Assembly (NCBI GenBank): GCA_009914755.4
Contig: CP068257.2
Coordinates: 5,984,001-6,048,000, forward strand
Reading direction: 5' to 3'
From: the human T2T-CHM13v2.0 reference genome, Homo sapiens
Length of the DNA: 64,000 nt
The position numbers were made by a program, and so were the translations under genes. Each line of letters opens with the position of its first letter. Position 1 is the first letter of the stretch. This document shows, one piece after another, positions 39,837 to 55,400 of the stretch. A model generated the notes under the pieces. That model was not told the DNA's origin, did not search any database, and saw only the letters and a list, made by a program, of their open reading frames with translations.

Positions 39837-42800
39837 TGATCACCCAGGTGATAGGACTTTTGTCTAGGCTCTGCCTACGGTGGCATTGTGACATATCTCT
39901 TCACTGATCACCCAGGTGATGTAACTCTTGTGTTGGATCTGCCTAGGGGGAATCATGACATATTTCTGCACTGATCACCCAGGTGTTGGGACTCTTGTCT
40001 AGGCTCTGTATATGGGGGATTTGTGACATATCCCTGCACTGATCACCCAGGTGATGTAACGCTTGACTAGGCTGTGAATTCTGGGGCATAGTGACATCAC
40101 TACATTGATCACTGAGATGACGTAACTCTTGTCCAGGCTCTAGCTATAGAAGGCCCAGTGACATATCTCTGCACTGATCATCTACTTGATGTAACTCTTG
40201 GTTACACATTGCCTGCAGAGGCATTGTGAAATATCTCTTTACTGATCAACCAGGTGATCTAAGTCTTGTCTAGGCTCTGCCTACAGGGGGTTTTGTGGCA
40301 TAACCCTGCACTGATCACCCAGGTGATGGGACTCTTCTCTAGGCTCTGCCTATTGGGGGCATTGTCACATATTTCTGCACTGATCACCCAGGTGATGGAC
40401 TCTTGTCTTGGATCTGCCCATGGGGGCATTGTGACATATCTCTGCACTGATCACCCAGGTGATGTAACTCTAGTCTAAGCTCTGCCTAAAGTGGCATTGT
40501 GACAGATCTCTGTACTGATCACTCAGCTGATGTAACTATTGTCTAGGCTCTGCTTAAAGGGGCCTTGTCACATATGTCTACACTGATCACCCAGGTGATG
40601 TAACTGTTGTCTAGGTTCTGCTTACAGAGGATATTGTAACATATCTCTGCACTGATAACGTAAGTGATGTAATACTTGTGTAGGCTCTGCCTACAGGGGC
40701 ATTTTGACATATCTCTGCACTGTTAACCGAGGTGATGTAATTCTTCTCTAGGCTGTGCCCACAGGGGCGTTGAGACATATCTCTGCACTGATCCCAAGGT
40801 GATCCAACTGTTGTCTGGGCTCTGCCTACTGGGGGCATTGTGACATATCTCTGCACTGATCTCCCACGTGATGTAACTTTTATCTAAGCTCGGGCTACAT
40901 GGCATTGTGACATATTACTGCACTGATCACCCAGGTGATATAACCCTTGTCTAGGCTCTGCCTACAGGGGGCTTGTGACACATCTCTGCACTGATCACCC
41001 AGGTGATGTATCTCTTGTCTAGGATCCGCCTACAGGTTGCTTTGTGACATATCCCTGCAATGATCACCCAGGTGATGTACCACTTGTCAAAGCTCTGACT
41101 ACAAGGGGTTTGCTATGTATCTCTGCACTGATAATATAGGTCATGTATCTCTTGTCTAGGCTCTACCTACAGTGGCATTGTGATATATCTCTGCACTGAT
41201 CACCCAGGTGATGGAATCCTTGTCTAGGCTCTGCCAAAATGGGGCATTGTGATATAACTCTGCACTGATCACCCAGGTGATGCGACTCTTGTCTAGGCTC
41301 TGCCTACAGGAGCATTGTGACATATCTCTGCATTGATCACGCAGGTGATGTAACTCTTGTCTATATCTGCCTACTGGTGGCATTGTGGCATATTTCTGCA
41401 CTGATCACCCAGGTGATGGACTCTTGTCTTGGATCTGCCTATGGGGGCATAATGACATATCTCAGCACTGATCACTCATATGATGTAACGCTTGTCTAAG
41501 CTGCGCCAAAAGGGGAATTGTGAAAGATATCTCCACTGATCACCCAGGTGATGTAACAATTTTCTGGTATTTGTCTACAGGGTGCTTTGTGACATATCTT
41601 TGCACTGATCACCCAAGAGATGTAACACTTGTCTAGGCTCGGCCTACAGGGGCTTTGTGACATATGTCTGTACTGATCACCCAGGTGAAGTAACTCTTGT
41701 CTAGGCTCCACCTACAGGGGGTATTGTGACGTATCTCTGCACTGATCACCCAGGTGATGTAACATTTATCTAGGCTCTTCCTACAGGGGCGTTTTGACAT
41801 AGCTCTGCACAGCTCACCTAGGTTATATAACTCTTGTCCACTCTCTGCCTACAGGGGCATTGTGAAACATCTCTGCACTGATCACCCAGGTGATGCGACT
41901 CTTCTCTATACTCTGCCTAGAAGGGGTTTGTGACATACCTCTGCACTGATAACCCAGGTGATGGAAGTCTTGTCTAGGCTCTGTCTATGGGGGCATTGTG
42001 TCAAATATCTGCACTGTTCACCCAGGTGATGTACCTCTTTTCTAGGCTCTGTCTACAGGGATTTTTGTGACATATCACTGCACTGATCACCTAGGCGATA
42101 TAAGCTTTGTATGGGCTTTGCCTACAGAAGGCTTTGTGACATATCTATGCACTGATCTCTGAGGTGACGCAACTCTTGTCTAGGCACTGCCTACAGGGTA
42201 CATTGGTACATAACTCTGCACTGAGCACCCAGGTGATGGACTCTTGTCTGAGATCTGCCTACAGGGACATTGTGATACATCTCTGAACTGATCAACCAAG
42301 TGATGAAACTCATGTCTAGGCTCTGCCTACAGGGGCTTTGTGACACATCTCTACACTGATCACCCTGGGGAAGGAACTCTTGTCTATGCTCTGCCTACAG
42401 GGGACATTGTGGCATATGTCTGCACTGATAACCCAGGTGATGCAACTCTTCTCAATGCTCTGCCTACATTTGGCATTGTGACATATCTCTGCACTGATCA
42501 CCCATTTGATGTAACTCTTTTCTAGTCTCTGCCTACAGAGGGCGTTGTGACATCACTCTGCACGGATCACACGGGTTATTTAACTCTTGTCTAGGCTCTG
42601 CCTACGTGGGCATTGTGACTTATCTCTGCACTGATCACCCAAGAGATGTGTCACTTGTCTAAGCTCTGTGTAGAGGGACATTGGGACATATCTCTGCCCT
42701 GATCGCTGAGGTGATGTAAAATTTGTCTAGGCTTGCCTACAGTGGGATTTATGACGTATCTCTGCACTGATCACCCAGGTGATGTAACTCTTGTCTAGGC

Positions 42801-43694
42801 TCTGCTTACAGGGAGTATTGTGAGATATCTCTGCACTGATCACACAGGTGATGAAACTCTCGTCTAGGCTCTGCCTACAGGGGCTTTGTGACACATCTCT
42901 GCACTGATCACCCTAGGGAGTGAACTCTTGTCTACGCTCTGCCTACAGGAATCTTTATGACTTATACCTGCACTGATAACCTAGGTGATGTAACACTTGT
43001 CTAGGCTCTGCCTACACGGGAATTCTCACATATCTCTGCACTGATCACCCAGGTGATGTAACTCCTGTCTAGTTTCAACCAACGGGAGCGTTTTGACATA
43101 TCTCTGCCCTGATGACCCAGGTGATGTAACCCTTGTCTAAGCTCTGCCTACAGGGGCATTGTATCAGATCTCTCCAATGCTCACCCAGGTGATGTAACAA
43201 TTGTCTGAGCTTTGCCTACAGGGGGCTTTGTGATATACATTTCCACTGATCAAACAGGTGATGTAACCCTTGTCAAGGTTCTGCTTACAGGGGATTTGTG
43301 ACATAGCTCTGCACTGATCACCCCAGGGAGGAAACACTTGTCTGCACTCTTCCTAAAGGAGGATTTACGACTTATCCCTGCACTGATCACTAGGTGATGT
43401 AACACTTGTCTAGGCTCTGTCTACATGGGAATTTTCACATATCTCTACACTAATCCCCTAAGTGATGTAACCCTTGTCTAGGTTCAGCCTACTGGGGATT
43501 TCTGACATACCTATGCACTGATCACTGAGGTGATGTAAATCATTTCCAGGCTTTTTGTACAGGGGACCTTGTGATATATCTCTGCACTGATCACCCAAAT
43601 GATGCAAATCGTCTCTAAGCTCTGCAGGGAGGGGGCATTGTGACATACTTCTGAACCAATCATCCAGGAGATGTAAGTATACTCCAGGCTTTGA
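39837..43694. repeat. Beta-satellite (Sau3A/BSR 68-69-bp monomer) array 1
   Basis: Monomers of the type 'ctgcactgatcacccaggtgatgtaactcttgtctaggctctgcctacaggggcattgtgacatatct' with one GATC each. Measured spacing of 'ctgatcaccc' is 69, 69 bp (39902, 39971, 40040). Collinear monomer-by-monomer with array 2. Confidence 0.9.
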
Positions 43695-44401
43695 CTTAAG
43701 AGCATCGCAAGGTGTTGGGAGAGCCTCAGCCGGAATTTCACAGACAGACAAGGACAAAGAGAGGCCAGCGGGCTCCCTTGCACATCAGCCAGGGTGCGCA
43801 ATGAGCGCAGGTTTAGCCAGGAGGCTGGCAAAGAGAGCTAGAAGTCTGCGTTCTGCCGCCAGGCGCTCCAAGGTGGTAGCTGGGAGGCTGCAGGGGCACG
43901 GGCGGGCCGACGACGGTGGCTCAGAGGCGCAGAGGAGGTGAGCCGCCGGAGGCGTGTCAGGCCTGGACGCTGCGTGGGCCCAGTGTTTCACGGGACGGGG
44001 GTCTCCACCCTGCCCAGGGGAGGACGCATTTTCCGTGGATGGGGGGTGGGGGTGTGGGGTGTTGGTCAGGCGGGGTTGGGGTGGTGGAAAGGCATGAGAT
44101 CTCTGCCTGGGCTGCTCCCAAAGCCCAGGCGGCTACCCCACAACACGCACTTGCACAGTAGGCGGCCCACCTGCTGGTACCTGGGCTGGCTCTGGGATCC
44201 CCGGGATGCCCAGGAAAGAATGGCTGTTCTCCACTGTGTGGAGCCTCTTACTGGGCCTAGACCTAGAAGGCAGGAATCCCAGGCCGGTCAGCCCGGTTGT
44301 GGGGGCGGGGGAAGACACAACCCTCCATAACCAGCCAGGTGTTCCCTGGGAAAGAGAGGCCACCGCCCTGCCCCGACCCGACCCCGCCCCAACCCCGCGT
44401 C

Positions 44402-45841
<1,440 letters not shown>

Positions 45842-46460
45842 TCATGAATGGCGGTGAACCCTGGGAATGCCCACCCCACCCCAGAAGGGTTCCAGGGTGT
45901 CGAGGCCTGCGGCCTGGGGGTGGTGGGGGGGGAGGGCGTGGTGATGTCGCTGGTGAGGCCAGAGACACGAAGAGGAAGGGGGTGAGGGGGAAGGGGTGAG
46001 GTGGGCGCATTTCACGGGCTGGCTCTCCGGACCTCTCCAAGAATCCCACGGGAAATGGAAGCCAATCTCTGGGCTCCCACGCGTCTTCAGCAGGGAGAAA
46101 CCGGCCTGGGAGGGTGGAGGGGAGTGTAAACCTTAACCCCCGTGGGAGTCTTGAGTGTTCCAGACCCTCTCTCCGTGAAGGAGGCAGTGCCTGTGGCAGT
46201 CGCCGTTGCCAGGACAGTCTCACACACCCAGGCGTGTGGCTCTCGTTAATTTCCATGTATGAGACCAGAGTGAGACCCCAGAGAGAAGGTGCCTCCCCAG
46301 CGTGATGACCTGACGATGGATTCCCATGTGCGGCAACATGGGGAGTCTGCAGTGTGGCCGGTTTGGAAACTGGCAAGGAGAGCAAAGGCACCATTCGGGT
46401 CTTCCACCCTTCCCTGCATGTTTCCGGGTGCCCGCAGAGCTCTGGGAGCAAACAGTCAGC

Positions 46461-49400
46461 ATGACACATCTCTGAACTGATCAACAAAGTGATGTAACTC
46501 TTGTCTAGGCTCTGCCTACAGGGGCTTTGTGACATATCTCTGCACTGATCACCCAGGTGATGAGACTTTTGTCTAGGCTCTGCCTATGGGGGCATTGTGA
46601 CATATCTCTACACTGAACACCCAGGTGATGTAACTCTTGTGTTGGATCTGCCTATGGGGTCATTGTGACATATTTCTGCACTGATCACCCAGGTGACGGG
46701 ACTCTTATCTAGGCTCTGTGTATGGGGGCTTTGTGACATCTCTGCATTGATCACCCAGGTGATGTAACGCTTGACTAGGCTCTGCCTACGGTTCATAGTC
46801 ACATATCACTGCATTGATCACCGAGGTGATGTAACTCTTGTCCATGCTCTGCCTATAGGGGTCCTTGTGACATATCTCTGCACTGATGATCTACGTGATG
46901 TAACTCTTGCTTATGCTCTGCCTGCAGGGGCATTGTGAAATATCTCTGCACTGATCACCCAGGTGATGGGACTCTTCTCTAGGCTCTGCCTAATGGGGGC
47001 ATTGTCACATATTTCTGCACTGATCACCCAGGTGATGGACTCTTGTCTTGGATTTGCCTATGGGTGCATTGTGACATATCTCTGCACTGATCACCCAGTT
47101 GATGTAACTCTGGTCTAAGCTCTGCCTAAAGGGGCATTGTGACAGATCTCTGCACTAATCACTCAGGTGATGTAACTATTGTCTGGGCTCTGTTTAAAGG
47201 GGCCTTGTCACATATCTCAGCACTGACCACCCAGGTGATGTAACTCTTGTCTAGCCTCTGCTTACAGAGGTTATTGTGACATATCTCTGCACTGGTCACT
47301 TAATTGATGTAACAATTGTGTAGGCTCTGCCTACAGAGGCATTTTGACATCTCTCTGCACTGTTAACCGAGGTGATGTAACTCTTGTCTAGGCTGTGCCC
47401 ACAGGAGTATTGAGGCATATCTCTGCACTGATCCCGAGGTGATCCAACTCTTGCCTGGTCTCTGCCTACTGGGGACATTGTGACATATCGCTGCACTGAT
47501 CTGCCAAGTGTGTAACTTTAGTCTAGCCTCTGGCTACACGGCATTGTGACAGATCTCTGCACTGCTGACCCAGGTGATATAACTCTCGTCTGGGCTCTGC
47601 CTACAGGGGGCTTTTGACATATCTCTGCACTGATCTCCCAGGTGATGTAACTCTTTTCTAGGATCTGCCTACAGGGTGCTTTGTGACATATCCCTACAAT
47701 GATCACCCAGGTGAGGTACCACTTGTCAAGGCTCTGCCTACAGGGACATTGCGATGTGTCTCTGCACTGATCACCTAGGTCATGTAACTCTTGTTTAGGC
47801 TCTGCCTACAGTGGCATTGTGACATATCTCAGCACTGATCATTCAAGTGATGTAACTATTGTCTAGGATCTGCCTAACGGGATTTTGTGACATAACTCTG
47901 CACTGATCATCCAGGTGATGGGACTTTTATCTAGGCTCTGCCTAAGGGGGCATTGTGACATATATCTGCACTGATCACACAGGTGACGGGCCCTTGTCTT
48001 AGATCTGTCTATGAGGGCATAGTGACATATCTCTGCACTGATCACTCATGTGATGTAACGGTTTTTAAGCTGCGCCTAAAGGGGAATTGTGACAGATATC
48101 TCCACTGCTCACCCAGGTTATGTAACAATTTTCTGGGATTTTTCTACAGGGGGCTTTGTGACATATCTCTGCACTGATCACCCAGGTGATGTAACTCTTG
48201 TCTAGGCTCCACCTACAGGGATTATTGTGACGTATCTCTGCTCTGATCACCCAGGTGATGTAACATTTATCTAGGCTCTCCCTACAGGGGCGTTTTGACA
48301 TAGCTGTGCACAGATCAACTAAGTTATGTAACTCTTGTTCACTCTCTGCCTACAGGGGGCATTGTGAAATATCTCTGCACTGATCACCCAGGTGATGGGA
48401 CTCTTCTCTATACTCTGCCTACGGGGGATTTGTGACATATCTCTGCACTGATCACCCAGGTAATGGAAGTCTTGTCTAGGCTCTGTCTATCTTGACATTG
48501 TATCAAATATCTGCACTGATCACCCAGGTGATGTAACTCTTTCCTAGGCTCGGTCTACAGTGATTTTTTTGACATATCACTGCACTGATCGCCTAGGTGA
48601 TGTAAGCCTTGTATGGGCTTTGCCTACAGAAGGCTTTGTGACATATCTCTGCACTGATCTCTGAGGTGATGCAACTCTTGTCTAGGCACTGCCTTCAGGG
48701 TACATTGGTACATATCTCTACACTGATCACCCAGGTGATGGACTGTTGTCTTAGATCTGCCTACATGGACATTGTGACCCATCTCTGACCTGATCAACCA
48801 AGTGATGAAACTCTTGTCTAGGCTCTGCGTACAGGGGCTTTGTGACACATCTCTACACTGATCACCCTGGGGAGGAAACTCTTGGCTACGCTCTGCCTAC
48901 AGGAGGCTTTATGCCTTATACCTGCACTGATAACCTAGGTGATGTAACACTTGTCTAGACTCTGCCTTCACCGGAATTCTCACATATCTCTGCACTGATC
49001 ACACAAGTGATGTAACTCCTATCTAGGTTCAGCCTTCAGGAGCGTTTTGACATATCTCTGCACTGATCACCCAGGTGATGTAACCCTTGTCTAAGCTCTG
49101 CCTACAGGGGCATTGTGACAGATCTCTCCACTGCTCACCCAGGTGATGTAACAACTGTCTGGGCTTTGCCTACAGGGGGCTTTGTGATATACATTTCCAC
49201 TGATCAAACAGGTGATGTAACACTTGTCAAGGTTCTGCTTACAGGGGCTTTGTGACATATCTCTGCTCTGATCAACCTAGGGAGGAAACACTTGACTGCA
49301 CTCTGCATAGAGGGGACTTTACGACTTATCACTGCGCTGATTACAAGGTGATGTAACACTTGTCTAGGCTCTGTCTACACGTTAATTTTCATATATCTCT

Positions 49401-49649
49401 ACACTGATCACCTAAGTGATGTAACCCTTGTCTAGGTTCAGCCTTTTGGGGATTTCTGACATACCTATGCACAGATCACCGAGGTGATGTAAATCATTTC
49501 CAGGCTTTTTGTACAGGGGACATTGTGATATATCTCTGCACTGATCACCGAAATGATGCAAATCTTCTCTAGGCTCCGCAGGGAGGGGGCATTGTGACAT
49601 ATTTCTGAACTGATCATCCAGGAGATGTAACTATTCTCCAGGCTTTGAC
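46461..49649. repeat. Beta-satellite array 2 (higher-order block between D4Z4-like cores)
   Basis: Same 68-69-bp monomer family. The array starts 'acacatctctgaactgatcaacaaagtgatgtaactcttgtctagg' exactly as arrays 3 and 4 do. Array 1 positions 40500-41230 align monomer-for-monomer with 47130-47860. Confidence 0.9.
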
Positions 49650-50356
49650 TAAAGAGCGTCGCAAGGTGTTGGGAGAGCCTCAGCTGGAATTTCACCAACG
49701 GACAAGGGCACAGAGAGGTCAGCCGTCTCCCTTGCATGTCAGCCGGGGTGCGCAAAGAGCACAGGTCTAGCCAGGAGCATGGCAAAGAGAGCTAGATGTC
49801 TGTGTTCCGCTGCCAGGCGCTCCATGGTGGCTGCTGAGAGGCTGCAGGGTCACGGGCTTGCTGGCGATGGTGGCGCGGATGTGCAGAGGTGGCGAGCCTT
49901 TGGAGGGGTGTCAGGCCTGGATGCTGCGCGGGCCCGGTGTTTCGCGGGATAGGGGTCTCCACACAGCCCAGGGGAGGACACATATTCCGGGGTTGGGGGG
50001 TGGGTGTGGGGAGGTGGTGGTCAGGTGGGGGTGTGGTGGTGGAAAGGCATGAGAGCTCTGCCCGGGCTGCTCCCACAGCCCAGGCGACTGCCTACAAACA
50101 CGCACGTGCACAGTAGGCAGCCCACCTGCTGGTACCTGGTCCGGCTCTGGAATCCCCGTGATGCCCAGGATAGAATGGCAGTTCTCCGCTGTGTGGAGTC
50201 TCTCACGGGGCCTAGACCTAGAAGGCAGGAATCCCAGGCCGGTCAGCCTGGTGGAGGGGGCGGGGGACTAAACGCCCCTCCATAACCAGACAGGTGTTAA
50301 CCGCGAAAGAGAGGCCACCGCCCTGCCCCTACCCGACCCCGTCTCAACCCTGCGTC

Positions 50357-51769
<1,413 letters not shown>

Positions 51770-52425
51770 GCCCGCAGGCAGGCAGGTTCCACAACTTCAT
51801 GAATGGTGGTGAGCCCTGGGACAGCCCGCCCCACCCCGGAAGGGTCCCAGGACTTCGTGGCCTGCGGCAGGGTGGTGGTGGGGAGGGCGGGGGAGGGCAT
51901 GTGGATGGTGGTGGATGGGTCGGATAGACGAAGAGGAAGGGGGCGAGGGGGAAGTGGTGAAGGGGGCACGTTTCGGGGCCTGGCTCTCTGAACCTCTCCA
52001 GGAATCCGGTGGGAACTGGAAGCCGCTCTCTTGGCTCCCACTTGTCTTCAGCAGGGAGAAACCGGCCTGGGAGTGTTTAGGGGAGTGTTGAACTGAACCT
52101 CCGTGGGAGTCTTGAGTGTTCCAGGCCCTCTCTCCATGAAGGAGTCTGTGCCTGTGGGTGTCGGCGTTGCCGGGACAGTCTCACTGACGCAGGCGTGTGG
52201 CTCTCATTCATTTCCACGTAGGAGACCAGAGTGAGACCCCAGAGAGAAGATGCCTCCCCGGCGTGATGGCCTGACGATGGATTCCCGTGTGGGGCAACAT
52301 GGGGACTCTGCAGTGTGGCCAGTTTGGAAACTGGTAAGGAGAGCGAAGGCACCATGCCGGTCTTCCACACTTCCCTGCATGTTTCCGGGTGCCCGCAGAG
52401 CTCCAGGAGCAAACAGTCAGCATGA

Positions 52426-55400
52426 CACACCTCTGAACTGATCAACAAAGTGATGTAACTCTTGTCTAGGCTCTGCCTACAGGGGCTTTGTGACATATCT
52501 CTGCACTGATCACCCAGGTGATGGAACTTTTGTCTGGGCTCTGCCTATGGGGACATTGTGACATATCTCTACACTGATCACCCAGGTGATGTAACTACTG
52601 TGTTGGATCTGCCTATGGGGACATTGTGACATATTTCTTCACTGATCACCCACGTGATGGGACCCTTGTCTAGGCTCTGTGTATGGGGGCATTGTGACAT
52701 ATCTCTGCACAGATCACCCAGGTGATGTAACGCTTTACTAGCCTCTGCCTACGGGGCATAGTGACATATCACTGCATTGATCACCGAGGTGATATAACTC
52801 TTCTCTAGAATCTGACTACAGAGTGCTTTGTGACATATCCCTGCAATGATCACCCAGGTGATATACCACTTGTCAAGGCTCTGCCTACAGGGGCATTGCG
52901 ATGTATCTCTGCACTGATCACCTAGGTCATGTAACTCTTGTCTAGGCTCTGCCTACAGTGGCATTGTGACATATCTCTGCACTGATCACCCAGGTGATGT
53001 AACTCTTTTCCAGGCTCTGAGTATAGGGGGCCTTGTGACATATCTCTGCACTGATCATCTAGGTAAAGTAACTCTTGTCTACCCTCTGCCCAAAGGGGGC
53101 ATTGTGAAATATCTCTGCACTGATCACACAGGTGAAGGGACTCTTCTCTAGGCTCTGCCTACTGGGGGCATTCTCACATATTTCTGAACTGATCACCCAG
53201 GTGACGGACTCTTGTCTTGGATTTGCCTATGGGGGCATTGTGACATATCTCCGCACTGATCACCCAGGTGTTGTAACTCTGGTCTAATCTCTGACTAAAG
53301 GGGCATTGTGACAGATCTCTGCATTGATCACTCAGGTGATGTAACTATTGTCTAGGCTGTGCTTAAAGGGGCCTTGTCACATATCTCTGCACTGATCACC
53401 CAGGTGATGTAACTGTTGCCTAGGCTCTGCTTACAGGGCGTATTTTGACATATCTCTGCACTGATCACCTAAGTGATGTAACACTTGTGTAGGCTCTTCC
53501 TACAGGGGCATTTTGACATATCTCTGCACTGTTAACCGAGGTAATGTAACTCTTGTCTAGGCTGTGCCCACTGGGGGATTGACATATATCTCTGCACTGA
53601 TCCTGAAGTGATCCAACTCTTGCCTGGTCTCTGCCCACTGGGGACATTGTGACATATCTCTGCACTGATCTCCCAGGAGCTATTGCTTTATTCTAGGCTT
53701 TGGCTACACGGCACTGTCACATATCACTGCACTGATCACCCAGATGATATAACTCTTGTCTAGGCTCTGCCAACAGGGGGCTTTTGACATATCTCTGCAC
53801 TTATCACCCAGGTGATATAACTATACTCTAGGATCTGACTACAGGGTGCTTTGTGACATATCCCTGCAATGATCACCCAGGTGATATACCACTTGTCAAG
53901 GCTCTGCCTACAAGGACATTGCGATGTATCTCTGCACTGATCACCTAGGTCATGTAACTATTGTCTAGGCTCTGCCCACACTTGAATTCTCACATATGTC
54001 TGCACTGATTACCCAGTTGATGTAACTCCTGTCTAGGTTCAGCCTACAGGAGCGTTTTGACATATCTCTGCACTGATCATCCCGGTTTTGGGGCATTTTT
54101 CTAGGCTCTGCCTAAGGGGGCATTGTGACATATCTCTGCACTGATCACCCAGGTGATGTTACTGTTGTATAAGCCCTGCCTACAGGGGAATTTTGAGAGA
54201 TATCGCCACTGATCCCCCAACTGATGTAACTATTGTCTAGGCTTTGCCTACAGGGGGCTTTGTGACATAATTTTGCACTGATCACGCAGGTGATGTAACT
54301 CATCTAAGTTCTGCCTACAGGAGCTTTGTCACATATCTCTGCACTGATCACTTTGGTTATGTAACACTTTTGTAAGCACTGCCTAAAGGGAATTTTCACA
54401 AATCTCTGCACTGATCACCTAGGTGATGTAACTCTTGTCTACCATCTGCCCAAAGGGGGCATTATGAAATATCTCTGCACTGATCACTTTGGTGATGTAA
54501 CACTTTTGTAAGCACTGCCTAAAGGGAATTTTCACAAATCTCTGCACTGATCACCTAGGTGATGTAACTCTTGTCTACTATCTGCCCAAAGGGGGCATAT
54601 GAAATATCTCTGCACTGATCACCCAGTTGATTCAACTCTAGTCTAGGATCTGCCTACAGAGGTGTTTTCACATATCCTTGAAGTGATGACAAACGTGATG
54701 TAACTCATGCCTAGACTTTACCTACAGGGGACATTGTGACATATCTCTGCACTGATCACCCAGGAGATGCAACTCTTCTCTCTGCTCTGCCTACAGGGGA
54801 CATTGTGACGTATCTTTGCACTGATAAACCAGGTGGTGTAACACTGGACGAAGCTCAGCCTAAAGGGGCATTGTGAAAAATCTCTGCACTGATCACTCAG
54901 GTGATGTAACTATTGTCTAGGCTATGCTTAAAGGGGCCTTGTCACATATCTCTGCACTGATCACCCAGGTGATGTAACTCTTGTCTAGGCTCTGCTTACA
55001 GGATGTATTGTGACATATCTCTGCAATGATCACCTAAGTGATGTAACACTTGTGTAGGCTCTGCCTACAGGGACATTTTGACATATCTCTGCAGTGTTAA
55101 CCGAGGTGATGTAACCCTTCTCTAGGTTGTGTCCACAGGGGGATTGAGGCATATCTCTGCACTGATTCCTAGGTGATCCAACACTTGCCTGGTATCTGCC
55201 TACTGGGGACATTGTGATATCTCTCTGCACTGATCTCTCAGGTGTTGTAACTTTAGTCTAGGCTCTGCCTACAGGGCATTGTGACATATCACTGCACTTA
55301 TCACCCAGGTGATATAACTCTTGGTTAGGCTCTGCCTACAGTGGCATTGTGACATATCTCTGCACTGATCATCCAGGTGATGTAACTCTTTTCTAGGATC

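Larger units (their letters stand above)
30251..39837. repeat. Diverged HSat3 subtype ('CCACTCC/CCATTCC'-rich) with a ~1.5-kb higher-order structure marked by embedded Alu 3'-end fragments
   Basis: Composition shifts at about 30250-30560 from ATTCC-dominant to mixed CACTCC/ATTCC pentamers. A ~60-bp Alu-derived block recurs every 200-600 bp, in five sequence classes that repeat in order. Confidence 0.8.

Noticed and set aside
1-39837. Hundreds of 60-500-aa ORFs on both strands in the supplied track (e.g. 34146..35660 + 504 aa, 30842..32386 + 514 aa, 5332..6120 + 262 aa).
   Set aside because: All translate to pentamer-repeat low-complexity peptides: 'IPFHSIPFHS...' on + and 'MEWNGMEWNG...' on -. 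They overlap in all frames and have no start or stop context. They are artefacts of translating (ATTCC)n/(CACTCC)n satellite, not genes.
43700-43830. A second, truncated DUX4 gene start at the 3' edge of each core (similarity to the ATG-proximal region).
   Set aside because: The similarity covers only the 5'-UTR-like segment. No ATG-containing coding homology follows, because beta-satellite begins immediately. It is the normal repeated end-segment of D4Z4-type units (see the finding above), not an additional gene.
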